Source of the DNA: Dehalococcoidia bacterium
GTDB lineage: Bacteria; Chloroflexota; Dehalococcoidia; UBA2979
Length of the DNA: 64,000 nucleotides
Direction of reading: 5' to 3'
Assembly: GCA_050248355.1 (NCBI GenBank)
Contig: JBFWSN010000002.1
Span: 210,743-274,742 of the forward strand
In this document: positions 44,724 to 55,700 of the stretch, piece after piece
Position numbering within the stretch: the stretch's first letter is position 1
Layout: every line of letters starts with the position of its first letter
Position numbers and translations under genes: made by a program
The notes under the pieces: generated by a model
Database searches by the model: none
Told to the model about the DNA's origin: nothing
What the model saw: only the letters and a program-made list of their open reading frames with translations

Positions 44724-47102
44724 GTGCCGACGCTGAGCGACGGCATGACGGGAAAGTTCGCTCGGGGGGCGGTGCTCGTTCTCATCATGGTGGGGGCCAT
44801 CGCAATAGCGAGAGACCAGTTCCACACGCCGTCCCCCAAGCCGATCTCCACACCGGCGACAGCGTTTTCCGCTGACCGTGCGATGCAGCACGTTGAGGCG
44901 CTTGCCGTCGCGCCGCGACCGCAGGGGTCGGTCGCAGCGGAAGCGGCGCGGGATTACATCGTGCGCGCCATAGAGGCACTGGGGTTAACGCCCGAGCTGC
45001 AGACAACGACAGTGGTCCGGACCGCTGAGGGCGCCGACGCGATCTTCGCCTCGACTGTCGTAAACGTGCTCGCCCGCATCCCTGGCACGGACAGTTCCGG
45101 CGCCATCCTGGTCAACGCGCACTACGACTCAGGACCGAATGCCCTCGGTGCGGGCGACTGTGGTTCGTGCGTGGGTGCGGTGCTCGAGGCAATCCGAGCG
45201 CTGCTGGCAGGCCCTCCGCTCCGCAATGATGTGATCGTCCTCTTCTCGGACGGCGAGGAGACGCAGCTCTTCGGGGCGTATGCGTTCATGCAGCAGCATC
45301 CTTGGGCGACCGAGGTGGCCTTCGCGCTGAACCTCGAGTCACAGGGAGTCACCGGACCAGCGGTCTTCTACGTGTCAGGCAAGAATGACGCGGATGTCGC
45401 AGCGAAGGTGATCGGATACGCACCCCAGCCGGCGGCATGGTCGTTCGTGACTACGCTCGTGCGTGCGCTCGTCGGCGGGTCCGACCTTGACGGCTTCACC
45501 GATGAAGGAATCCCGGGAGCGGGCGTCGCGTTCTTCGAGAGCGAGCAGTACTACCACACGCGGCTCGATAGCCCGGACCGGCTCAGCCGCGGCAGTCTGC
45601 AGCACCTCGGCGACTACACCCTCGGCATCATGCGCGGGTTGGGGGACGACGACCTGACCATGCTCGACGCCAGCGGTGATGGGATCTACTTCACGCTCTG
45701 GCGCGGGACGGTCGTGCGTTACCCGGCGGGATTCGCGTTGGCCTTCGCCCTGCTCAGCACGCTCGCGATCTGCGGACTCCTGTATGTCGGTCGCCGACGG
45801 CGGGCCCTGGCCCTGGGGCGCGTGGCAGCGGCTGCGGGCCTCTTCGTCGCCGTGCTACTGGTGACGGTTCTTCTCACCAGCGTTCTCTGGCAGCTTGTCC
45901 GCATCACCAACGCCGACTACCAGGTCTTGTTGATCGGTGTGACCTACGAGGCCGATACCTTCGTGCTGCTGTTCGTGTTGCTTGCCGTCTCTCTGCTGCT
46001 GGGCACCCACCTCTGGATCTCGCGCCACCTCCGACCACTCGAGCTCGCGGCCGGCGCACTGGGCGTCTGGTGGTTGGCGACCGTGCTGACCGCGCTGCTC
46101 CTGCCCACGTTCAGCGCGCTCTTCACTTGGCCCCTGCTGGCGGGACTCGCCGTCACCGCGTTCGCGCTGCTGCGACCCACGAAGGCCGCGCTACCGTGGG
46201 CAGGTGTGGCGAGCTTCTCCATAGTCGCGCTGCCGACGCTGCTCCTGATGCTGCCGGCGGTCGTGCTCTTCCAGACGCTCGCGGGCCGTATCGAGGCGCT
46301 GGCGGGTGTGCCGGCGATGGGCTTCCCGATCCTGATGGCCGCCCTTGCCACTGGGCTGCTGCTTCCGTTTCTTCCGGTCTCGCGGTTCCGCCACCCGTGG
46401 CGGCTCCCTCTCGCGATGGCCGTCATCGCAGTCGTGCTCATCGCCTGGACGAGCGCGTCCTCCAGCTTCGACACGGAACACCCAAAGCCCAACATGCTCA
46501 TGTACCAGCTCGACGCTGATACCGGCTCGGCTGAGTGGCTCACGACGGCCGGGGGAGGGCTTGGCTTCGGCCGCAGTGGCCAGCGTGATGACTGGACTTC
46601 ACAGGTCTTCGCTCAGGACGCCGCCGAGGCGGACATCGCGGGGTGGTCGGCCTACCCGGATATGTCGACGCCCGGTTATCGAACGGAGGCACCGCTCGCG
46701 GACCTGGAGGCGCCGACTCTGAATGTGGTCGCGGACCATGTATCGGGCGACACGCGAACTCTGCACGTCCGAGTCGCCTCGCCGCGTGGAGCTCCGAACG
46801 TCCGGCTCTTCATTGACGCTCCCGTGATCGCGGTGAGCACCGACGGTACGGACGTGAACGTCGGCGAACTCGACCTCGCCAGTGGTCTCTGGATGACTTA
46901 TCTCGCGCTGCCGATGGAAGGAGTTGAGATCGCCCTCAGGGTCGATTCGCCCGAACCATTCGAAATCGAGGTCCACGACTGGTCGCAAGGTCTGCCCGAC
47001 TTCCGAGGGCTCACGATTCGGCCGCGGCCCGACGGAATGATGCCGTCGGCGCACGACCTCGCGGATACGACCATGGTTCGCCGTACGTACGTCATCGATT
47101 AG
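44724..47102 (+). CDS. M28-family metallopeptidase with multi-pass membrane domain and C-terminal extracytoplasmic domain
   Basis: M28 core (VNAHYDSGPNALGAGDCGSCVGAVLE...LFSDGEE with metal ligands), followed by about 8 TM helices and a C-terminal soluble region. Confidence 0.7.
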   Translation: MPTLSDGMTGKFARGAVLVLIMVGAIAIARDQFHTPSPKPISTPATAFSADRAMQHVEALAVAPRPQGSVAAEAARDYIVRAIEALGLTPELQTTTVVRTAEGADAIFASTVVNVLARIPGTDSSGAILVNAHYDSGPNALGAGDCGSCVGAVLEAIRALLAGPPLRNDVIVLFSDGEETQLFGAYAFMQQHPWATEVAFALNLESQGVTGPAVFYVSGKNDADVAAKVIGYAPQPAAWSFVTTLVRALVGGSDLDGFTDEGIPGAGVAFFESEQYYHTRLDSPDRLSRGSLQHLGDYTLGIMRGLGDDDLTMLDASGDGIYFTLWRGTVVRYPAGFALAFALLSTLAICGLLYVGRRRRALALGRVAAAAGLFVAVLLVTVLLTSVLWQLVRITNADYQVLLIGVTYEADTFVLLFVLLAVSLLLGTHLWISRHLRPLELAAGALGVWWLATVLTALLLPTFSALFTWPLLAGLAVTAFALLRPTKAALPWAGVASFSIVALPTLLLMLPAVVLFQTLAGRIEALAGVPAMGFPILMAALATGLLLPFLPVSRFRHPWRLPLAMAVIAVVLIAWTSASSSFDTEHPKPNMLMYQLDADTGSAEWLTTAGGGLGFGRSGQRDDWTSQVFAQDAAEADIAGWSAYPDMSTPGYRTEAPLADLEAPTLNVVADHVSGDTRTLHVRVASPRGAPNVRLFIDAPVIAVSTDGTDVNVGELDLASGLWMTYLALPMEGVEIALRVDSPEPFEIEVHDWSQGLPDFRGLTIRPRPDGMMPSAHDLADTTMVRRTYVID

Positions 47103-47357
47103 CAGCGGCGCCTGCTGGCGGATGGCTCTTAACTGGCGAAACGTCGAGCAGGCAACGGGCATCATCGCCTTGGGCGATCGTCCGCGAACGGGGCTACTGG
47201 CCGCCTTGCTGCCTTCCAGAACCGGCCGGCCGCGCAGTTGACGCTCGGGGTCATCGGACCTCGGTAAACGTCCACGCCATGTGTCAAGCGATGACGATAC
47301 GCTCAATGAACGAACCCCGGCGCCTGACGGCGCGGGGTGAATTAGCCCGGGGGCAGA

Positions 47358-47885
47358 ATGCACGAACGATCCGAAGACCTTGAGATGCTGCAGCGGATGA
47401 TCGACGCCAGCTACGAGCACGCAGGAAGCCACTTGCGCGAGATCCATTCCCCTGAGCGTAGGCTTGATGCCGGCACTCTGGCTGCCCGTCTGGACGGAAT
47501 GTGCCTGCTTACCCTCGCCACGACGACGCGAGACGGACGTCCAATCACGGGCCCCGTCGACGGGGTCTTCTATCGTGGAGCGTTCCATTTCGGGTCATCA
47601 CCGGCGTCCCTGCGCTTCCGGCATATCGAGGAGCGACCGCAGGTCAGTGCAACGCACCTGCCGGGTGAGCACTTTGCGGTGACCGTGCACGGCTCGGCCA
47701 GACGGGTCGACGTTGCTGACCCCCAGCATGCGGAGTTCCGACAGACGCTGCTCGACATCTATCTCCCGCGCTTTGGGGATATGTGGCTGGATATCCTCGA
47801 TGGCGGAATGTTCGCGCGGATCGACGCTGATCGAGTGTTCGCGTACTGGAATCCCCGAGACGTAGGCATGGGCGGCGATCAATGA
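47358..47885 (+). CDS. pyridoxamine 5'-phosphate oxidase-like (split-barrel flavin-binding) family protein
   Basis: PNPOx-like core (LLTLATTTRDGRPITGPVDGVFYRGAFHFGSS). Confidence 0.55.
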   Translation: MHERSEDLEMLQRMIDASYEHAGSHLREIHSPERRLDAGTLAARLDGMCLLTLATTTRDGRPITGPVDGVFYRGAFHFGSSPASLRFRHIEERPQVSATHLPGEHFAVTVHGSARRVDVADPQHAEFRQTLLDIYLPRFGDMWLDILDGGMFARIDADRVFAYWNPRDVGMGGDQ

Positions 47886-48162
47886 CAAGGACGTCCTCAC
47901 GCGTGGCGCTAAGGGCGCCAGCGGGCGCTCGGAGCTGCCGTGCCGAGCTCTTGCAGTTCCATGAGATCTCGGCACCCGGAGAAGCAGGGCCCGTACGCGC
48001 CGATCACCTCCTGGTCGCTGTGACCTGAAGTGGCCGACGGGATCCGGCGCGAAGCGGTTGAACGCCGAGGAGTCGAGGGAGAACAACGATCCGCTGCCGT
48101 CTACGAACATGTCGCGGAGACGCTATCACGAGATAGCGGCGTGCCGGTGGTACAGCACGGCG

Positions 48163-51030
48163 TCACGCTCGTGGTACACGCACCGCCACACGGCATCCGT
48201 TGCCCGGCGAACTCTCAACGGAGACGCTTCCGCCAATGCTGGCGGCCCGCTCATTGATTGAACGCAGACCGAGGTGGCCCGGGAAGTCTCCATCGACATC
48301 GAAGCCGATCCCGTCGTCGGTTGCTTCCAGGCGGAGCGTCGACTCGGCGGTCTGCAGGAGCAGTCGGATGCGGTGAGCCCGTGCGTGTTTTATTGAGTTA
48401 TGCATCGCTTCTTGCGCAATCCGGTAAAGCGCCTCCTTCACGTCGAGAGGGACGTCCGGTTCAGGGGACAGCGAAGTGACGACTTCGAGGTCGTACCGCG
48501 CGCGGATGGCGGCTGCCTGCTTCTCGAGTGCCGAGACAAGACCCTCTGCCGCAAGGGACTCGGGCCGTAGCTCGAAGATCAGCGCTCGCATCTCTGCCAG
48601 GCCGGCCTCGGCGAGGGAAACGACGTAGTCCACGGGCGGGATGGCCTGCTTCGGGTCGGAGTCAAGAAGCTGCCGGGCGGTCTGGGCGCCCAGCGCGATC
48701 CCGTACAGCGCTTGCGAAACGGAATCGTGCAGCTCGCGCGCGAGGCGCTGCCGCTCCTCCAAGGCGGCGACCGAGGAGGCCTGCTGGTACAGCCGCGCGT
48801 TATCGATCGCGACTGCGGCCTGGCTCGCGAGGGCCATCGCCAGCTCGGTGTGCTCGCGTCCGTAAAGGCCCGGCAGTGCCGACCACAACGTGAGCACCCC
48901 CACCACGTGGTCCTGCGCGATCAGTGGGACGGCGAGCCAAGAGCGGGCGCCCGGGATGGAGAGCGGTAGGTCAAGTGCGCCCTCGGTCGAGAGCCACTTG
49001 CTTTCCACATCCGACACGACGACCGGCGCTCGGCGCTCAATAGCCTCTCCCCCGGGTCCCGGCACCGGAAGCGGTAAGCGGCGGCCCGCGAGCGGCCCGC
49101 GGTCTATCTCAATACGACCGTTCGTTTCCAGGATGACGGCGCTGTCCTCCTCGACCAACAGAATCGCCGCACCGTCGCAGGGGACGATGAGCCGAAGCTG
49201 CGTGAGCACCCGCGTCGCCAGGTCTTGAAGGTCCAGCGTGGATGCCACGTCGCGGGACACGTCCAGGAGAGCATTGAGTTCACGCGTTCGCTCGACGACC
49301 CGGCGCTCGAGAAGCTGCGCCGCCTGCTCCCGTTCCGTGACGTCGCGCGCCACGTAAACGACGCGTTCGGCGCCCATCGGCGTAATGGCCGCCGAAAACC
49401 ACCGCTCCCCGGTTGGCACATCCATCGGGTACTCGATTGTCTGCCGTGCCTCGGTTTCGAGGCAGGCATGGATCGCATTGAGAAACAAGTCCGCCTGCTC
49501 CTTGGGCATGAACTCTTGCAGCTTTCGGCCCTCTACATCGGCGGCAGGTGCGTAGAGCAGGTCCGGATTCGTGGGCGCGACGCGCACGCAACGTCCATCT
49601 CGGTCAAAGACGATCACTACGTCGTCCATCGCGGCAAACAGCGCCGCGAGCTCTCCTTGTGCCTCCTCGCGTTCTGCTACCTCGCGTTCGAGCGACGCGC
49701 TACGCGTGCGCAGGTCGTCTACCATCGCGTTGAATCCCGCCGCGAGATGCCCCAGCTCATCGCGTGAGCCCACGGGTATCGCCGTCTCGAGGTCTCCCGC
49801 CCCCACCGCTCGCGTGCCTCGGAGGAGCGCGCTGATGGGGCTGAGGAGGATCCGCCGGTTGAGGTACCCAGCGGCGACGAGGCCCGCAAGGAAGAGCGCG
49901 CACATCGCGGCAAGCATCGCCCAGAGCGTGCGTGTCCCTTCGACCTCGACGCCGGCGGTGATCGCGGCAGCGTCTGCGGTGATCTCGGATATCGGGGCAG
50001 CCACGGCAAAGCTTCCGCCGAGCGAGGGCATTGGCGCGTACGCGATGAAGAACGCCTGGCCGCCGAGCATCGCTTGTGCTACGGCAGGCTCGACGATCTC
50101 GTCGCTTGCGGTCATCCCCGCGAGGACCGCCGCCAATTCCCGATTCTGTTCCGATTCCCGTGTCAGGAGGTCGAACGAGCCGCTGCGGAGCTGATCGCCT
50201 TGAGTGTCGAGATAGAAGGCGAATCCGCCCGGTGTCGGGTGTATGGAATCGATCTGGCGGACGAGGCGGTCGATGCTCAAGTCCACCTGGATCACCCCGC
50301 GGAAAGTATCTCCTTCGTAGACGGGCGTCTCAGCGGTGACGACCAGGCCCAGACCGATCGCGTCCTCATAGGGTCTGGTCCAAGTCGTACGGCGCGTCGG
50401 GTTGTTAGACGGCCCGGCACGCTCCAAGAGTCCGCTGATGTCCAGATCCGGTGGGATGATTTCGTGAATCCCGCGCGGCGGATAGTAGCGGCCAGTCCCG
50501 TTCGCTCCGATGAATCCGATGGCGCTCGGGTCGAAGTTTCGGCCTCCGACCTCATCCTCGAACCCCTCGAACACAGACTCGAAGATGGCGTCGAGTGCGG
50601 CGCCGTAGGCAATCTCGTCCTGCACCGCCGCAGAATCGAGTGAGGCGAAGGGCAGGACGATGAAGTCGGACGTCCGGCTGAAATCGCCGTCGTAGTACAG
50701 ACCGCCCTCGGTACGGGTGAGCGCCGTGCTGTCGAATGGGACGCTGGCGCCCGTGCGGTGGAACGACTCCATCTGGCGTGCCGCGCGCTGGCCGATCTCC
50801 GATGCAGCCTCGAACTGTATGCCGCCGTTCTCCGTTGCTCCGGCAACGAACGCCCGCAGGGCGAGCTTACCGATCTCCTCCAGCGCCTCCTGGCTCCGCT
50901 CGTTCGCATTGTCCTGCGTCCGGTTGAACCCATAGACGACAATCACCGACGTGGCAGCGCCGAGCAGGACGAAGAACGCCAGCAACGCCAGGTTCAGCTT
51001 CAGTCCCAGGCTTGCCGCGCCCAGCATCAC
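48163..51030 (-). CDS. multidomain sensor histidine kinase (periplasmic Cache-like sensor, HAMP, PAS, GAF, HisKA_3, HATPase_c)
   Basis: Two TM helices flank a roughly 330-aa extracytoplasmic domain. HAMP linker, PAS and GAF regions. H-box LARELHDSVSQAL (HisKA_3) and G-box DDGIGFD...GHLGLRSI. Confidence 0.8.
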   Translation of the reverse strand: MMLGAASLGLKLNLALLAFFVLLGAATSVIVVYGFNRTQDNANERSQEALEEIGKLALRAFVAGATENGGIQFEAASEIGQRAARQMESFHRTGASVPFDSTALTRTEGGLYYDGDFSRTSDFIVLPFASLDSAAVQDEIAYGAALDAIFESVFEGFEDEVGGRNFDPSAIGFIGANGTGRYYPPRGIHEIIPPDLDISGLLERAGPSNNPTRRTTWTRPYEDAIGLGLVVTAETPVYEGDTFRGVIQVDLSIDRLVRQIDSIHPTPGGFAFYLDTQGDQLRSGSFDLLTRESEQNRELAAVLAGMTASDEIVEPAVAQAMLGGQAFFIAYAPMPSLGGSFAVAAPISEITADAAAITAGVEVEGTRTLWAMLAAMCALFLAGLVAAGYLNRRILLSPISALLRGTRAVGAGDLETAIPVGSRDELGHLAAGFNAMVDDLRTRSASLEREVAEREEAQGELAALFAAMDDVVIVFDRDGRCVRVAPTNPDLLYAPAADVEGRKLQEFMPKEQADLFLNAIHACLETEARQTIEYPMDVPTGERWFSAAITPMGAERVVYVARDVTEREQAAQLLERRVVERTRELNALLDVSRDVASTLDLQDLATRVLTQLRLIVPCDGAAILLVEEDSAVILETNGRIEIDRGPLAGRRLPLPVPGPGGEAIERRAPVVVSDVESKWLSTEGALDLPLSIPGARSWLAVPLIAQDHVVGVLTLWSALPGLYGREHTELAMALASQAAVAIDNARLYQQASSVAALEERQRLARELHDSVSQALYGIALGAQTARQLLDSDPKQAIPPVDYVVSLAEAGLAEMRALIFELRPESLAAEGLVSALEKQAAAIRARYDLEVVTSLSPEPDVPLDVKEALYRIAQEAMHNSIKHARAHRIRLLLQTAESTLRLEATDDGIGFDVDGDFPGHLGLRSINERAASIGGSVSVESSPGNGCRVAVRVPRA

Positions 51031-51039
51031 TGAACCGCA

Positions 51040-51678
51040 CTACTCCGCGTGCAGTTCGGCGAGGCCATGCTGCGCTGCGTATAGTGCCGCCTGCGTGCGG
51101 CTCTGCAAGCCGAGCTTGGCGAGCACGCTGCTCACGTGCGTCTTGACGGTTTTCTCGCTGATGTCGAACCGGCGAGCGATCTCCTTGTTGGCGAGTCCCT
51201 GCGCGAGCGCACGCAGCACTTCCGATTCGCGGTCGGTCAGCACGTCCGCGACCTCGGGGGCGCGCACTTCACGCATCAACCGCGCAGCGGCGGCCGGCGA
51301 CAGCTGCACCTGGCCCGCCGCAGCTGCCTTGATCGAGCGGCGCAGCTCGTCCGACTGAGTGTCCTTGAGCAGGTAGCCGATCGCGCCGGCCTTGACGGCT
51401 CCGATCACGGCCGCGTCCTCGAGAACGCTGGTCAACGCGATTACCTCAGTGTCTGGGAGCTCCGCTCGAATCTCCCGGATCGCTGTCACGCCATCCTTCA
51501 CGGGCATCAACAGGTCCATGAGGACAACGTCAGGGCGCAGTTCGCGGGCACGTTGTACTCCTTCGGCGCCGTCCGCTGCCTCACCTACGATCTCGAACTC
51601 CCGGTCCAGCCCGAGAAACATGCGTAAACCCTGTCGCACGACGGCGTGGTCGTCCACAACCAGAATTCGAACGGGCAT
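51040..51678 (-). CDS. NarL/LuxR-family response regulator
   Basis: Receiver domain (ILVVDDH...D54 region VVLMDLLMP) and LuxR HTH (LTDRESEVLRALAQGLANKEIARRFDISEKTVKTH). Start reset to MPVRILVV. Confidence 0.8.
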   Translation of the reverse strand: MPVRILVVDDHAVVRQGLRMFLGLDREFEIVGEAADGAEGVQRARELRPDVVLMDLLMPVKDGVTAIREIRAELPDTEVIALTSVLEDAAVIGAVKAGAIGYLLKDTQSDELRRSIKAAAAGQVQLSPAAAARLMREVRAPEVADVLTDRESEVLRALAQGLANKEIARRFDISEKTVKTHVSSVLAKLGLQSRTQAALYAAQHGLAELHAE

Positions 51679-51952
51679 ACCAAGCCACCCCAGACCTTCA
51701 GCTTGCGTCGATGCGCGAACTGTACGCGATCGAGGCGGGCCCCCGCCTCGGTCGAAAGTCCTAGGAGTACCGCCTTCCAACGTTCGCCGCTCTCTGGTCC
51801 GGATCGTCGATTCGGCGGCTGCCGTCACTGCGTACAACTTGCCTCATCGAGTGAGCACACCGCCGCGAGGCGGAGAGGGAGGCGCGATGCGGTGAAGGCG
51901 TCGACAGGCACCCAGGCCCCAACTGCCTCCCAGCAATTGAAAGGAACTCAAA

Positions 51953-52702
51953 ATGCGAATCGCATGGGCACCGGCAACTCCCGACGCGGCCCTCCTCCAC
52001 TCTGGCAGTGCGGGAAGAGCCAACATCATCGAGGTCGACCAGCTCGTGAAGACCTACCGGAGCGGCGGTGTACAGGTGCCGGCGCTCCGCGGTGTCTCAC
52101 TGCGCGTCCGTCGCGGCGAGATGCTCGCGATCATGGGCGCTTCGGGTTCCGGTAAGACCACGCTGCTCAACTGCATCAGCGGGCTCGACCACTTCGACAG
52201 CGGCGCCGTCCGCATCGACGGCGTCGACCTCAACTCGCTCAGCAACCGGCAAAAGACGTCGTACCGGGCCCGCAACATGGGCTTCGTGTTCCAGACATAC
52301 AACCTGCTCCCGGTGCTGTCGGCCGTCGAGAACGTGGAGCTCCCGCTCGTCGTCTCCGGCGGTGACACTCGCCAGGCGCGCGAGCTGGCAATGGCGGCCC
52401 TCGAGCGGGTCGGCCTCGCCGGGAAGGCAAGGAACCGCCCCGCTGAACTCTCGGGCGGCCAGCGTCAGCGGGTCACGATCGCGCGCGCGTTGGTGAACGA
52501 ACCAGCCATTGTCTGGGCCGACGAGCCCACGGGCGCGCTCGACTCGCAGACCGCCAACGAGATCATGACCTTGATCGAAGAGCTCAATCACGAGAACGAG
52601 CAGACCTTCGTCATGGTCACCCACGACACGAGCATCGGACGGCGTTGCGACCGGCTGATCTCGATGACCGACGGCCGGATCACCTCGGAGGAGACACTCT
52701 AA
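51953..52702 (+). CDS. ABC transporter ATP-binding protein (MacB/LolD-type)
   Basis: Walker [10 protein letters not shown], signature [15 protein letters not shown], Walker [13 protein letters not shown]. Confidence 0.8.
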   Translation: MRIAWAPATPDAALLHSGSAGRANIIEVDQLVKTYRSGGVQVPALRGVSLRVRRGEMLAIMGASGSGKTTLLNCISGLDHFDSGAVRIDGVDLNSLSNRQKTSYRARNMGFVFQTYNLLPVLSAVENVELPLVVSGGDTRQARELAMAALERVGLAGKARNRPAELSGGQRQRVTIARALVNEPAIVWADEPTGALDSQTANEIMTLIEELNHENEQTFVMVTHDTSIGRRCDRLISMTDGRITSEETL

Positions 52703-55700
52703 TGGACCAGCTCTTCGGAATCTCGATGGACGCCATCATGGCGGTACTGGCGGCCATGTTTGCAGTCAGCGTCGCTAGCGTCGCGTACATCTTCATCACC
52801 AGCCGAGTCATGTTCAGGATGGGGGTGCGCAACCTCCGGCGTCGCGGGCTGCAGTCAGGGCTCGTGGTTCTCGGACTTATGCTCGCAACACTCATCACGA
52901 CGGCAGCATTCACGACCGGCGACACGGTCGACCACTCGATCGCGCGCGCCGGGTACGAGCAGTTCCAGCGCACGGACCTGCAGCTCAACTTTGTCGGAGA
53001 GCGCGAGGCATTTACCAACGACGTCGCTGTCTACTTCGACGAAGATGCAACCGAAGCGATGGAAGCGCGCTTCGCGGGCGACCCCGACATCGAGGGATTC
53101 ATCCCGCTCTTGCAGGAGCCCGCAACGGTCGTGAACCCCCGCACGGGGCTTTCTGAGGCGTCAGTCGTCCTGTCCGGAATCGATCCCGAGCGCATCGACC
53201 GCCTCGGGGGCCTGCGTCGTGCCGGCGGCGGGACGGTGATGCTGGCTTCGATCCCGCAGGATGCGTTGCTGCTGTCTGAGCGCGCGGCTGAGAAGCTGCG
53301 TGCCGAGGCCGGCGACACGTTGACGGTCTACGTCGGCGGCGTCCCCACCGAGGTACGGGTAGCGGACATCGTCCAGGACGAGCTCGTGACGAGCGGCTCG
53401 CGCGCATTCTACGAGAAGGGCTCCGGGGGCGCGGCCATCGCGTTGTCGAGCGTCCAGCGGATCACGGGCCACGAGGGGCAGCTCAATCGGCTCAACATAG
53501 CCCTCCACGGTGACGTCGCAACAAGCCACCTGCGCTCGGACGCGGCGATCAGCCGGCTCGAGCCGTTCCTCGCCAGCGAGGAAGGGCGAGCGTTGCTGGC
53601 AGTGGAGCACGCGGTGACGGTCGACGCGGTCAAGGCGGACGCGATTCAGGAAGCCGAGGAGCAGGGCAACCTCTTCACGACGTTCTTCCTGATGCTCGGG
53701 CTCTTCTCAATCGCAGCCGGCGTGATGCTGATCTTCATGATCTTCGTGATGCTCGCGACGGAGCGGAAGGCCGAGATGGGAATGGCCCGTGCGGTCGGCG
53801 CGCAGCGTGGCAGTCTCATGCGGGCGTTCGTCGCCGAGGGCATGGCGTACAGCCTCGTTGCGGGCGCTGTCGGCACGCTGGCCGGTGTGGCGGCCGCCGT
53901 GGGCCTGGTCGCGGTCTTCCTGCGCGTAGCGGGTGGTTTCGACTTCATCGAGGCGCACATCACCCTCCGGTCACTCGTGATCAGCTATTGCCTGGGCGTC
54001 GTCATCACGTTCCTGACGGTCGTGGTCTCCGCGTACAAGGTGAGCGCGGTGAACATAGTCGCGGCGATCCGCGGCACCGACGAGGATGAAGGGCCCCAGC
54101 GATCGCGACGGACCTCGTGGCGTTGGGTGGTCGCCGGCATCCCGGCGCTCGTCGTCCCGCCCGTCGGGATCTGGTTCCTCGTTCGCAAGGGATTCGGGGT
54201 CTCATGGGCGTGGATCGTTGCCCCCGTCGGCATCGTCCTGGGCGGGCTCTCAATCGTCGCAGCCTCCGGCACCGACTCGGAGTTCCTCTTCTCCTTCGGT
54301 GTCTCAATCCTGCCGTTGAGCGCGGCGGCGCTCGCCGCGCACTATCGAGCACCGCGCCGGCCGACATGGACGCTCGTGGGCGCGTACCTCGCCGCGTACT
54401 GGCTGGCGCCGCTCAACTACGATCGGCTCCTGCTCGGCAAGGATCTGACCGGCGGCCTCGAGATGTTCGTGCTCTCAGGTGTGATGGTCGTGATTGCGTT
54501 CACCGTGATCATCGTATTCAATGCCCAGCTTCTGACCGCCATCGTGCAGCGCGGCAGCGCTCCGCGGTACACGGCGACGTTCGCGCTCGCGGCGCTGACG
54601 CTCGCATGCGTGGCGGTGGCCGTGGCTGTCGGCGACCAGGGCAACGGCCTGGGACAGTTGCTGTACCTGTTCGCGGCCGTCCTCGGAATCGGGGCAGCGA
54701 CCGCGCTTGCAGCGGTGCGCTTCCCGCACCTCGCGCCTGCGTTGAAGATGGGCGTGGCGTACCCGCTGTCGAACCGGTTCCGTACGGGCATGACCATCGC
54801 GATGTTCTCCCTGATCGTCTTCTCGCTCGCGACCTTCAGCGCGCTGAATTCGAGCTTCGTTGCGATGCTGACGGCGGAGGGCGGGGATGGCGGCTGGGAC
54901 GTCCTGGTCACGGCGAACCGCAACGCCGCGCTCTCCGATGTGCCTGCAGCCCTCGAAGCTGAGCGCGCAGCGATCCGCGCCGACATTGAAACGGCCGGCC
55001 GTACGACGATCTTCACCGGACGCACTCAGGTTCGTATCGTTGGCCACGAGTATGGGACCTTCCCGGTCCTCGCGGCGGACGATGCATTCCTCGCGATGCC
55101 GGAAGGCAGGCTGACCGGGTGGGCGGACGGGTACGAAGATGAGGCGGCCGCCTTCGCGGCCGTGCGTTCCGACCCGGCCCTGGCTTTGGTCGACCCGAGC
55201 GTATTGCCGGACGGCTTCAACGAGTACGGCTTCAACATTGCGGACCTAGAGGTCAAGGACGATCGATTCGCGCCGTTTGAGCTCGAGGTGACCGACGTCG
55301 CCTCAGGGAAGAGCACGACCGTCACAGTGGTGGGTGTGCTCGCGATCCAGGTCGATTCCAGTTACACGGCAGGTGTGTACGTGAACGAGGACGCCTACCG
55401 GGCCACGTTCGGCACGCCCGACTACCTGCGCACCTATGTTCGGCTCGATGACAGCGTCAGCCCTCGCGATGGGGCCGAGGCGATCGAAGGGGCGCTCGTG
55501 AGGAGCGGTGTGCAGGCTGAGTCGATCCGTACGCTCCTCGACGAGGCGGCAGCGGAGCAGAACACGTTCATGCGCATGTTCCAGGGCTTCATGGCCCTCG
55601 GGTTATTCACGGGAATCGCGGCGCTCGGCGTTGTGGCGTTCCGGTCGGTCGTCGAGCGACGGCAACAGATCGGCATGTTGCGAGCGATCGGGTACCAGGA

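Noticed and set aside
46599-47588. 329-aa minus-strand ORF
   Set aside because: Antisense to the M28 peptidase 3' end and the PNPOx-like gene. No domain signal.
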